Below, piece after piece: positions 28,643-36,467 of a stretch of DNA of 64,000 bases. How positions within the stretch are numbered: position 1 is the first letter of the stretch; every line of letters starts with the position of its first letter. Position numbers and translations under genes: made by a program. Origin of the DNA: an archaeon 13_2_20CM_2_53_6 (lineage in GTDB: Archaea > Thermoproteota > Bathyarchaeia > 40CM-2-53-6); the NCBI GenBank assembly GCA_001915065.1, contig MNDT01000061.1, positions 2,954-66,953 of the forward strand. Reading direction: 5' to 3'. Below the pieces are notes generated by a model. It was not told where the DNA came from, did no database searches, and worked only from the letters and a program-made list of their open reading frames with translations.

Positions 28643-29130
28643 TTTGACGGGCTATGCGGCGAATGCGCGGGCCCTTTTGCGGAGATGTAGATTCCGTCCA
28701 GGAAGACCCGCAGATCCTTCTCCTTGATCCTGGTGCTATCCTGAATATTCGCAGCCGTCTGGCTTACAGATTTCAGGTCTACCCCTTCAACTGATATGTC
28801 ATCGCCCTTGATGGCAACTTTCACTCCTTCCAGGATCCTCGCGTATCTGGGGGTTTTCTCGCCTGTGAAGTTCTCGATCTTCAAGACCTTCGCCTTCTCG
28901 TCCACTTTGACGGTTACTGGAAAGTGGGCGTAGACCGTCCGCAGATCGTACTTGTAGCCCTGCGTGACCCCTTTGATCATGTTTCTGACATGGGCGGCGG
29001 CGGTTCCCAGCATTCCAATCTCTCGCTTCCGCGGCCACACGGTCTGTAGCCGGACCTGGTTCTGTTCGACGCTGAGTGAGACTGGCAGGTGTGAAAGGTC
29101 CTCGACGAGGGCGCCTAGTGGGCCCTTCAC
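28639..29130 (-). CDS. rpl6p: 50S ribosomal protein L6 (uL6); N-terminus probably extends upstream of the called GTG
   Basis: Two L6 repeats. The in-frame upstream sequence (to ~29215) encodes ...VPENVSVQIEGRIVKVKGPLGAL, which matches the L6 N-terminal strand, but no ATG/GTG/TTG is available there. Confidence 0.8.
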   Translation of the reverse strand: MKGPLGALVEDLSHLPVSLSVEQNQVRLQTVWPRKREIGMLGTAAAHVRNMIKGVTQGYKYDLRTVYAHFPVTVKVDEKAKVLKIENFTGEKTPRYARILEGVKVAIKGDDISVEGVDLKSVSQTAANIQDSTRIKEKDLRVFLDGIYISAKGPAHSPHSPSK

Positions 29131-29224
29131 TTTTACAATTCGGCCCTCTATTTGTACGCTGACGTTTTCTGGTACCTGAAGGGTTCTCTGAAGAGTCTCA
29201 AATCGTGCCGTGGATCCTCGCCCT

Positions 29225-29608
29225 CTAGAAGACGTATCCGAGGAGTTGTCCGCCTGAGCCCGCTTCGCGTGCCTCTTTGTGTGCCAAGACTCCTTTCGGG
29301 GTTGTCAGTATGAGGATGCCGACATCTCGCGAGGGAAGGTATCGTCTGCCCCATTTTTCGAATTCGCCTATTGTGGTGGAGAATCTTGGTCGTACGCTGC
29401 CGCAGTTGTTGACCCGTCCTAGGAGCTGGATCTTGAATTTTCCTCCTCTGCCGTCGTCCACGAACTCGAACTCTCCCACGTAGCCATATTTCTGCATGAC
29501 CCGGAGAACCTGGCCCATCAGTTTGGATGCGGGATAGACGATACACTCGTGCTTGTGTCTCCGCTCGTTGTTGAGGATGGATGAGAACATGTTTGATATT
29601 GGTTCCAT
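29225..29608 (-). CDS. rps8p: 30S ribosomal protein S8 (uS8)
   Basis: ISNMFSSILNNERRHKHECIV...GGQLLGYVF. Confidence 0.85.
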   Translation of the reverse strand: MEPISNMFSSILNNERRHKHECIVYPASKLMGQVLRVMQKYGYVGEFEFVDDGRGGKFKIQLLGRVNNCGSVRPRFSTTIGEFEKWGRRYLPSRDVGILILTTPKGVLAHKEAREAGSGGQLLGYVF

Positions 29609-29770
29609 GAGTTGTCACATGTATTTCTTGAACCCGAGGCCTACTGCTACTTCTCTGAAGCATTGTCTGCAAAAGTTGAGCCCGTATTTTCTAACGATGG
29701 GACCGTATTGGCCGCATCGTTTGCAGGGGCGAGCACCCTTCCCATACTTCCGCTGTTTCCTTGGTTTGAT
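29606..29770 (-). CDS. rps14p: 30S ribosomal protein S14 type Z (uS14, zinc-binding), 54 aa
   Basis: Not in the ORF track because it is under 60 aa. Translates to [54 protein letters not shown], with the CxxC...CxxC motif. Lies between rpl5 and rps8 as in the canonical operon. Confidence 0.8.
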
Positions 29771-29786
29771 CTTGGCCATGTCCGGT

Positions 29787-30326
29787 TCAGCTTGCTATGT
29801 TTGTGCCGAAGTTGTTCTGCATGAACGTTACTGCTTCCGCCCGCGACACGTAGTGGTTGTGCCCTATCTTGGCCGGGCGTATTCCGCGCGATCTGATCCG
29901 GTATCCCGGGCGTCCCAGAGTGACGTGAATGGTTGCTCCGAATATTCCCAGCTCGGGGACGTACCTGGTTCCGGGGATCTCGATATGCTCCTTGATTCCG
30001 AAGGAGAAGTTGCCGAACTGGTCGAAGCTGGACTCGTTGACTTTGTTGCTGACAGCGTCTAGGGCTCTTCTCAAGAATTCGCCTGCGTCTTTTCCCCTGA
30101 GCGTGACGACCGCGGCTATTGGTTCTCCCTTTCTCACTCCAAAGTCCTTGATGGCTTTTTTCGCCTTCTTTGTTGCTGGGGTCCTTGCGGTCAGCTGGTT
30201 GAGAACTTTCTTCGCCTTTTCTAAGGGTTCCCCAGATTTGCCTGTCGCTATGTTCAGGGTGACCTTCTCGATCCTTACAACGCGTAAGGGATTACTCACT
30301 TCATCGTCACCTTTGGGTTTGGACAC
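29787..30326 (-). CDS. rpl5p: 50S ribosomal protein L5 (uL5)
   Basis: [21 protein letters not shown]...[11 protein letters not shown]. Confidence 0.85.
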   Translation of the reverse strand: MSKPKGDDEVSNPLRVVRIEKVTLNIATGKSGEPLEKAKKVLNQLTARTPATKKAKKAIKDFGVRKGEPIAAVVTLRGKDAGEFLRRALDAVSNKVNESSFDQFGNFSFGIKEHIEIPGTRYVPELGIFGATIHVTLGRPGYRIRSRGIRPAKIGHNHYVSRAEAVTFMQNNFGTNIAS

Positions 30327-30327
30327 C

Positions 30328-31077
30328 CTACTGTTTTCCTAGCCCGATGAGAGGTGTTCCCATGCCAATAGGTATCACGTAGGCTGCGGGGGTCTCGAAT
30401 GCCTCGTCAGTCGTCTCGATCCTAACTCCCTTCCGACGCGCGTGGGTTCCTGGTGTTATTGAGAAGATCTTGCCGAAGTGTCCTTGGTTTCGTCCATCGA
30501 CGACGAGTCCGATAGCTCCCGTCTGGAATGGGATGTGGCCCACTATGTTTTGTTCGGGGAGTCCTAGTTGTATTGCGCCTCCAACTGCGTACTCCTCCCC
30601 AGGTCTCTGTCTTGGCTCGCGAGCTTGAAGAATTAGGTTGCGCCCGTCGTGAAAGTTGAGCTGGGTCCGGCCGCCTTCAACGGTTTTCTTTCCAACTATC
30701 TTGCAGAGCTTGAATCCGGACTCTCCCTTTTCGATGGGTACGGTGGTCAGTCCTTTGTCGGGTCTGGGTAGAACCCGGAAGCTCTGGGGGGATCCCTCGA
30801 TCTGTAGCACGTCCATTAGGCCTACTGGGAATCTATGGTCTCTTCGGACGACTCCGTCGACTTTGACTCTGCCAGTACTGATGATGTGGATCGCCTCTTT
30901 CGCGGTTCTTGCGTATCCCAGGATTTCACGTATGACGATGACGAGTGGGAGGCTTCTATCGCGACGATGCGGACCAGGTCTGGTCATGGGTGCCCAGGCC
31001 ATTTCCTTTCGGTGTATCGGCCAGAATCCTGGGGCTGGTTCTCGTTTCAGCTGTCTGGGTCCAGATTTTCTCGCCAC
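30328..31077 (-). CDS. rps4e: 30S ribosomal protein S4e (eS4)
   Basis: S4 and KOW domains; HRRDRSLPLVIVIRE...GRVKVDG. Confidence 0.85.
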   Translation of the reverse strand: MARKSGPRQLKREPAPGFWPIHRKEMAWAPMTRPGPHRRDRSLPLVIVIREILGYARTAKEAIHIISTGRVKVDGVVRRDHRFPVGLMDVLQIEGSPQSFRVLPRPDKGLTTVPIEKGESGFKLCKIVGKKTVEGGRTQLNFHDGRNLILQAREPRQRPGEEYAVGGAIQLGLPEQNIVGHIPFQTGAIGLVVDGRNQGHFGKIFSITPGTHARRKGVRIETTDEAFETPAAYVIPIGMGTPLIGLGKQ

Positions 31078-31080
31078 TTT

Positions 31081-31452
31081 CTATTCCTCCGCGCTCTTTG
31101 CCTTCTCGGACAATATTCCGCTCCGCCACTTGTCGGATAGGTTCAGTTCGGTAATGAGCACCTTGCTGGAATGTACTGGAAGCTTTGATGAGACCCCCGC
31201 GGCCTTTTCTCGTGTCATTCCTTCGACGAAGATCCTTCCGGTAGAATATTCCACTCGCTCGACTTTTCCTTCAAGTCCTGCGAATTCTCCCCGCATTATG
31301 CGTACTCTGTCGCCGGTTCTGAGTGGGACCCGTCTGATTCTGTGTCTACCGGTCAGATCGTTTGAGAGTCGAGCTGAGAGCCTTCTCCGTTGTCTGTGCT
31401 TCGGTGCCTGGAAGAGGAGTTTTCTCTGTTTTGACGGCTTTGAGCTTCTCAT
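31081..31452 (-). CDS. rpl24p: 50S ribosomal protein L24 (uL24)
   Basis: KOW motif (RTGDRVRIMRGEFAGLEGKVERV). Confidence 0.85.
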   Translation of the reverse strand: MRSSKPSKQRKLLFQAPKHRQRRRLSARLSNDLTGRHRIRRVPLRTGDRVRIMRGEFAGLEGKVERVEYSTGRIFVEGMTREKAAGVSSKLPVHSSKVLITELNLSDKWRSGILSEKAKSAEE

Positions 31453-31455
31453 TCT

Positions 31456-31854
31456 CTATATCACTGTCGAGGCTAGATTGGCTACTCTGGGCCATCTCTC
31501 TGCGGCTTCGCGCGCGACTGGTCCTCTGATCTCTGTTCCTTTCATTTCTCCCTCGGGCGTCATGATTACGGCGGCGTTGTCCTCGAAGGAGAGTCGCGTG
31601 CCGTCGGGCCTTCGCAATGCTCTTGCCTGTCTGACAACTACCGCTGGAAAGACTTGTTTCCTAAGATCGGGGGCACCCTTGGTGACTGAGACCATTATCA
31701 TATCTCCGACGCAGGCGGCCGGTACTCTGCGGAGGCGTCCGTGGTATCCTCGTACGTTTATCAGCTTCAGCTCTTTTGCTCCGGTGTTGTCCGCGCAGGT
31801 CATCCGGGAGCCGACTGGTAGGCCTCTGGCGATTCTTGGCCTGTATTCGACCAT
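31456..31854 (-). CDS. rpl14p: 50S ribosomal protein L14 (uL14)
   Basis: [20 protein letters not shown]...VVRQ. The internal Met at 31854 gives the canonical ~133-aa length; the ORF-track start at 31959 overlaps rps17. Confidence 0.85.
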   Translation of the reverse strand: MVEYRPRIARGLPVGSRMTCADNTGAKELKLINVRGYHGRLRRVPAACVGDMIMVSVTKGAPDLRKQVFPAVVVRQARALRRPDGTRLSFEDNAAVIMTPEGEMKGTEIRGPVAREAAERWPRVANLASTVI

Positions 31855-31895
31855 TCCACGGGCGCTGACGGCCCTCGTCTTCGGTGCTGGCATGT

Positions 31896-32231
31896 CTACT
31901 CTGCCACTCCCTTTCTGTCGATCACTACAAAGGAGACTTCCTTGCTGAGCGGTCGGCACTCAGCGATTGTCACGTGATCGCCTGTCGTTGCGGATATGCA
32001 TGGGGGGTTGTGGGCTAGGGTCTTGCTCCTGCGCCGCTCGTACCGGTTGTATTTCGGATAATAGTGGAGATAGGCTCGTTCTACAGAGACCGTTCTTGGG
32101 GATTTTGAAGTTGAGACCGTTCCTTCGAAGACTCTTCCCCTGACGGAGACGTTCCCATGGTAGGGGCATGCAGGATCGTTGCATCCGGATTTTGGCGGTT
32201 TGACGTCTAGTCCGATGTTGCGTACTACCAT
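31896..32231 (-). CDS. rps17p: 30S ribosomal protein S17 (uS17)
   Basis: OB fold: [45 protein letters not shown]. Confidence 0.8.
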   Translation of the reverse strand: MVVRNIGLDVKPPKSGCNDPACPYHGNVSVRGRVFEGTVSTSKSPRTVSVERAYLHYYPKYNRYERRRSKTLAHNPPCISATTGDHVTIAECRPLSKEVSFVVIDRKGVAE

Positions 32232-32506
32232 CTGCTCAGCCCTTTCTTTATTCTGTCTTCTGGCCGGTGCTTCAGCATACTTCCTTCAACTGTCATGGTT
32301 TCTCCTGTCGGCAGCTTGGCGATGAATACGGTGTTGGGTTTTGCGATTCTGCGAGTCCTCCCATGTGTCTCTACGACCAGTGTATTCCTTGTCTCGTCTC
32401 GAACGAGTCCGGAGAGACCCTCCAGTTTCGTATCTGGACTTTTCTTAATGGTGATTTCGAGGCCTATCCATTCGTGTGCTAGAATGTTCCGGGAAGTGAT
32501 CGGCAT
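32225..32506 (-). CDS. rnp1: RNase P protein component 1 (Rpp29/Pop4 homolog)
   Basis: Sm-like barrel motifs (IGLEITIKKS...GLVRDETRNTLVVETHGRTRRIAKPNTVF) and the conserved archaeal position between rpl29 and rps17. Confidence 0.65.
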   Translation of the reverse strand: MPITSRNILAHEWIGLEITIKKSPDTKLEGLSGLVRDETRNTLVVETHGRTRRIAKPNTVFIAKLPTGETMTVEGSMLKHRPEDRIKKGLSRW

Positions 32507-32509
32507 CTA

Positions 32510-32722
32510 CTACGCTTTCTCCGTTGGGGCTTTGAGGTTCTGGGCGGTGAGGAGTCTTGCTATGGCCCGGCGTAGTTCTCTTACTCTGGCCGGGTTGTCG
32601 ACTGTGCCGCCGGAGTTCACCTGGGTTCGGATTGTGGTGAGCTCGGCTCTCAGTTCTGAGACTTTCTTTTCCCGTTCCTCGGGAAGCATCTGTCCTATCT
32701 CACGCTTGCGTAGGATTGCCAA
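32510..32722 (-). CDS. rpl29p: 50S ribosomal protein L29 (uL29)
   Basis: 70-aa helical protein, LSELRAELTTIRTQ...ARLLT. Confidence 0.8.
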   Translation of the reverse strand: MAILRKREIGQMLPEEREKKVSELRAELTTIRTQVNSGGTVDNPARVRELRRAIARLLTAQNLKAPTEKA

Positions 32723-33407
32723 CTGTTGCCTCCTCCTTCTCTGTTTCGACTTCCGGGGCCGAGGGAGCTGGTACTGACACTTCCGTTATGACTGGTTGTG
32801 CTACCGCCGCTGCGACTATCTTCATCGTGGGCTTGTCGACAAAGTTGATGTTGGGGGGTAGGATTCGGACCTTTATCCCGAAGAGTCCTTGCTTTAGCTG
32901 GACGTCCGTTACGGCGACCTTCACGCTCTTGAGGACTGGGTCTCCGACCCGTGGGAGGTATCCGGCTCTGAACTTCTCGTATCTGGCGCGTTCGGTTGTG
33001 AGTTTTCCTCTGATAATGATCTCTACTCCTAGGGCTTGTGATTCCATGACTCTCTGTATTGCCCAGTAGGCGGATCTTCTGAAGTGGACTCCGCGCTGGA
33101 GGGCCTGGGCGACCTGGGAGGCGACTACCTTCGGGTCTTGTTCTGGGATTTCGATGGCTGCTACGGATAGCTGGGCATTCTCTATGCCGAATTTTGTCTC
33201 GAGGAGTTTTGTGAGATCTTTTATGCTCTGGCCTCTTCGGCCTATGACCATCCCGGGTTTTGCCGCGTAGATTACGACGCGGGTTCCGACGGGGCTTTTT
33301 GTGAGTTCTACGTGGCTGTATCCTGCTCGTTTGAGATCGTTCTGGAGTAGTTCGTCGATCTCGAGTCGGCGGGATACGTCTTTGATGAAGTATTTGGTTA
33401 CTGACAT
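32700..33407 (-). CDS. rps3p: 30S ribosomal protein S3 (uS3)
   Basis: KH domain (GMVIGRRGQSIKDL) plus the S3 C-terminal domain. Confidence 0.9.
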   Translation of the reverse strand: MSVTKYFIKDVSRRLEIDELLQNDLKRAGYSHVELTKSPVGTRVVIYAAKPGMVIGRRGQSIKDLTKLLETKFGIENAQLSVAAIEIPEQDPKVVASQVAQALQRGVHFRRSAYWAIQRVMESQALGVEIIIRGKLTTERARYEKFRAGYLPRVGDPVLKSVKVAVTDVQLKQGLFGIKVRILPPNINFVDKPTMKIVAAAVAQPVITEVSVPAPSAPEVETEKEEATVGNPTQA

Positions 33408-33411
33408 GGGG

Positions 33412-33879
33412 CTATTCTGCCTCGAAGCCGACCAGTTCGATGTGGGTGGTTGTTGCTTTTAGGAGGTCTGAGCGTCCGAAGGCTCTCGGGTTGCGTCTCG
33501 GGATCTTGTTTGCGCGCTGGGCGGCTGCGTGTATTATCTTGAGCCGTTCAGTATCCAAGTTACGGTATTCGGCGTTTGCTTCGAGCTCTTCTAGTAGGCG
33601 GAGGAGTCTGCCGGCTGCTTTCTGCGGGAATCTTCCGGCGAACCATGGTTCGGTGAGCTGTCTCCGGTGTGGGACTTCTTTCTTGTAGTGTCGGTATGCT
33701 ATAGCCTGTTTCTTCTCGACTACTCGTTCTAGAAGTTTTTTCGCGTCGGAGAGTTTCATTCCTCTGATTGTTCTGCAGATCTCGACTGATGCTTTGGGGG
33801 ATATTCTGAGTTGTCGGCCTGAACATTTTACCGTCCGGTCTGGGTCGAGGCCTGTTATCGAGTATCCCCGTTCAGGCAT
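33412..33879 (-). CDS. rpl22p: 50S ribosomal protein L22 (uL22)
   Basis: SPKASVEICRTIRGMKLSDAKKLLERV...IELVGFE. First gene of this truncated operon. Confidence 0.85.
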   Translation of the reverse strand: MPERGYSITGLDPDRTVKCSGRQLRISPKASVEICRTIRGMKLSDAKKLLERVVEKKQAIAYRHYKKEVPHRRQLTEPWFAGRFPQKAAGRLLRLLEELEANAEYRNLDTERLKIIHAAAQRANKIPRRNPRAFGRSDLLKATTTHIELVGFEAE

Positions 33880-34047
33880 CCACTGTCACGAAGGTTGGGA
33901 TTGCGGGTTGGCTTGCCCTAAAAAGGTTCCTTGGTCTCGAGTCGAGTATCGTGGCTTGAGGTCGTCGCGTGTCGTTGTTACTTCTACGGTTCGGGACTGG
34001 TTACTCTAGTCTTATTGTCGGTGTTTCCTGCTTTCGAGCGGGATATT

Positions 34048-34851
34048 ATGGCAGAGTCAGTTGCTATCGAAAGGGTCCACACTGGAATCCCTGGCCTGGA
34101 CCACGTGCTTGAGGGAGGTTTCCCGAAGGGCGCGAGGGTCTTATTGGCTGGGGGGGCTGGCTGTGGGAAGACCATCTGTTGCGGCCAGTATCTGTACAAG
34201 GGCGCTACGCGCTACGGTGAGCCAGGTGTCTATGTCTCGACTGAGGAGCCTCCGCAGGAGTTCAGAGCGAACATGCTCCGTTTCGGCTGGGATTTCAAGA
34301 AGCTTGAGGCGGAGCGGAAGATCGGTATGGTCGATGCTGTCTATCAGCGTGTCGAGACGGAGATCGCGGAGCAGGAGTCGTTGCAGTCGATACTGTACAA
34401 TCTCCGGTCGAAACTGTCTGAGGTGAAGATTCTCGTTGAGCAGCTTGGCGCGACGAGGCTGGTTGTGGATTCGCTTCCCGGTTTTGGTTTCCGGGTGACG
34501 GATCTCAACACGCTGCGAGAGATCTTCCTCGAGGTCGGGCTGCTGTTGAAGGATGTTGGCTGTACGACCTTGATGACGACGGAGATCGTTGAGGGCTCGG
34601 GATTGATCAGCCGCTATGGCATCGAGGAGTTCCTCGCTACCGGGGTGATGGTCCTCTCGCTGGTCCGGCAGTCCTCGGTTATCCGGAAGGTGTATGTCCG
34701 GAAGATGCGTGGGACGAGTCACAGCCTGAACGACTTTGCGTTCACCATCGGCCGTGAGGGTGTCGAGCTGAAGGGGCCGATTGGTGTTCGTAGTGTTAGC
34801 CGACAACGACGCCTCCATAGTCCGCGGAGAAAGCGTCGAAGCCGGCGCTGA
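34048..34851 (+). CDS. KaiC-like RecA-superfamily ATPase (single KaiC domain), intact Walker A
   Basis: GIPGLDHVLEGGFPKG, Walker A GGAGCGKT, Walker B RLVVDSL. The ATG at 34048 is preferred over the ORF-track TTG at 33931. Confidence 0.7.
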   Translation: MAESVAIERVHTGIPGLDHVLEGGFPKGARVLLAGGAGCGKTICCGQYLYKGATRYGEPGVYVSTEEPPQEFRANMLRFGWDFKKLEAERKIGMVDAVYQRVETEIAEQESLQSILYNLRSKLSEVKILVEQLGATRLVVDSLPGFGFRVTDLNTLREIFLEVGLLLKDVGCTTLMTTEIVEGSGLISRYGIEEFLATGVMVLSLVRQSSVIRKVYVRKMRGTSHSLNDFAFTIGREGVELKGPIGVRSVSRQRRLHSPRRKRRSRR

Positions 34852-34987
34852 CACGTACGAAGAAGCCGAGTCGGGGACTGTTCCAGTATCCGAGGTGGGG
34901 AGGGTAGTGGAACAAGGGGTTCAAGGACAAGGGACGGCTATCGACCAGCTAGGCTGGACGGGCCAGCGACGACAGGTGTGATCTAGA

Positions 34988-35701
34988 ATGGTGCAGAATT
35001 TGAAGAGCGGGATCTCAGCGTTCGACGAGTCACTGGGCGGTCTGCCCGGCGGGAGTATTATCCTGTTTCTCGGCGAGGCTGATACGGGGATGACGACGTG
35101 TGCGCAGCAGATAATGTACCAAGGCTTGCTGGATGGTCGGCCGGCTGTCTATTTCACTACGGGCCGGTCTTGGGAGGATATTGTCGGGGAGATGGGTGTG
35201 TACGGCTGGACACTGGAACGGTTCTTTGAGCAGCGGAAAATGTGGTTCATTGACAGTTTCGGGATGAAACGGGAGAAGGTGGCGGGGGAGGTTAGCTGGG
35301 ATATTGGTCCGGCGAATCTCTTGGCGAAGGAGTTTCCACGGGTTGTTGCGCCATTGGGGGCCTGTACGCTTATTGTGGATAGCTTGAGTGATGTGATTCG
35401 TAGTGCTCCTTTTCCGGCGGTCGAGCAGACCTTGAAGCTGTTACAAGCTCATGTGCGGGCTAGCGGGGGATTGTATGTTCTAATGGCGAACAAGGGGATT
35501 CACACTGATCATATCGAGAATACGGTGAAGCACTTGAGTGATGGCGTTGTTGATCTTTCTACGGAACCGTTCGGGTCTGAGGATTATGCGCGTAAGATGC
35601 GCGTGTTGAAGATGCCGGGCGCGTTCACGGACATGAAAGTCTACGCTTACCGGGTCGGCGCGGCGGGTATCGAGATGGCGGCGTTGCATAGGGTGCGATA
35701 A
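34988..35701 (+). CDS. KaiC-like RecA-fold protein with a degenerate Walker A (GEADTGMT); probably a non-catalytic partner
   Basis: KaiC-domain blocks (GISAFDESLGGLPGGSIILFLGE...LIVDSLSD), but the Walker A Lys/Ser position is replaced. Confidence 0.6.
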   Translation: MVQNLKSGISAFDESLGGLPGGSIILFLGEADTGMTTCAQQIMYQGLLDGRPAVYFTTGRSWEDIVGEMGVYGWTLERFFEQRKMWFIDSFGMKREKVAGEVSWDIGPANLLAKEFPRVVAPLGACTLIVDSLSDVIRSAPFPAVEQTLKLLQAHVRASGGLYVLMANKGIHTDHIENTVKHLSDGVVDLSTEPFGSEDYARKMRVLKMPGAFTDMKVYAYRVGAAGIEMAALHRVR

Positions 35702-35705
35702 GAAA

Positions 35706-36044
35706 ATGCTGACGGACGTTGCTGTTTTGCCGACGCAGGTGTCTGGTACGACGAGTTTTGGTTTGACGAAGCCGAGGATGTCTGAAGAGGAGATCTTCCG
35801 GATACTCACGACCACTGAGGTGAATATTCAGATTGTTCGGATTTGTGAGACTCCGCGGAGTGCGCGTGAGATTGCGCGGGGGTTGGGTGAGGTCTATCCT
35901 GGTCATAAGGAGAAGGGGTTTCCGCCGGACAAGCTGGGCGAGCATCTGGCGAATCTGGAACGGTTGGGGGCTGTCAAGTTTAACGGTGAGAAGTGGGCTG
36001 CGAGCGATGTGGGCGTGAAGATGGTCAAGAAATACTTCGGCTAG
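35706..36044 (+). CDS. Winged helix-turn-helix protein (putative regulator of the KaiC-like operon)
   Basis: IVRICETPRSAREIARGLG...LERLGAVKFNGEKW is a wHTH pattern. The start is 5 nt after the upstream stop; an internal Met at 35778 is an alternative. Confidence 0.4.
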   Translation: MLTDVAVLPTQVSGTTSFGLTKPRMSEEEIFRILTTTEVNIQIVRICETPRSAREIARGLGEVYPGHKEKGFPPDKLGEHLANLERLGAVKFNGEKWAASDVGVKMVKKYFG

Positions 36045-36082
36045 ACACGAAGACGGATTGGATTAGAAGAACCGTATCTTTC

Positions 36083-36210
36083 TATCGCGGGGATCTTTCC
36101 CAAAGAGCACGTTTGTGTCGCGGGAATTTTTTTATTTCTAAATCCTAGAGAGTGTCGTCTCGCCATCTGAAACAGAATTGCGCGAAATTCCCGGTTTGTC
36201 GCGCAGAACA
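36083..36210. promoter_or_regulatory. Candidate replication-origin / promoter region upstream of orc1: inverted cgggaattt motifs flanking an A/T-rich stretch
   Basis: tcgcggggatc (36086), tcgcgggaattt (36117) and the inverted gcgcgaaattcccgg (36181) bracket the A/T-rich 36127-36180. The sequence gggaatttttttatttctaaa also resembles an archaeal BRE/TATA element. Confidence 0.35.
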
Positions 36211-36330
36211 GGCTTATCGGCTGTTTTCAGTAGTTGCCGTGTGGCGGCCTCCAAGCGTGCGAAACCCGCCGCGTGGGACCCCACTCCCGGATCGCTGATC
36301 AGGGCTTATTCTGGGGCGATTTGCCGGATC
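36113..36330 (+). repeat. orc1 upstream promoter/leader element (copy 2; 34-bp perfect core at 36113-36146)
   Basis: See copy 1 at 24945-25155. Similarity extends ~185 bp downstream of the core (gtcgtct.gccatctgaaacagaattg.gcgaaatt... through ...gatcagggctt). Confidence 0.7.
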
Positions 36331-36467
36331 GGATATGCTATCTTTTCTACTCCGAAAAGTAGTATGGTCTCGGCTGTTTTTCTGCCCTGCTCCTCTCCCG
36401 GAGAGTTTACTTTCGCCCCTCTCTGCTCATCTTATACGTTCAACAGTACAGTTTAGGAGCTTACACG

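Noticed and set aside
30656-31948. 430-aa + strand ORF spanning the r-protein operon
   Set aside because: Antisense to rps4e, rpl24 and rpl14, which have unambiguous ribosomal-protein translations. It is a GC-rich open-frame artefact.
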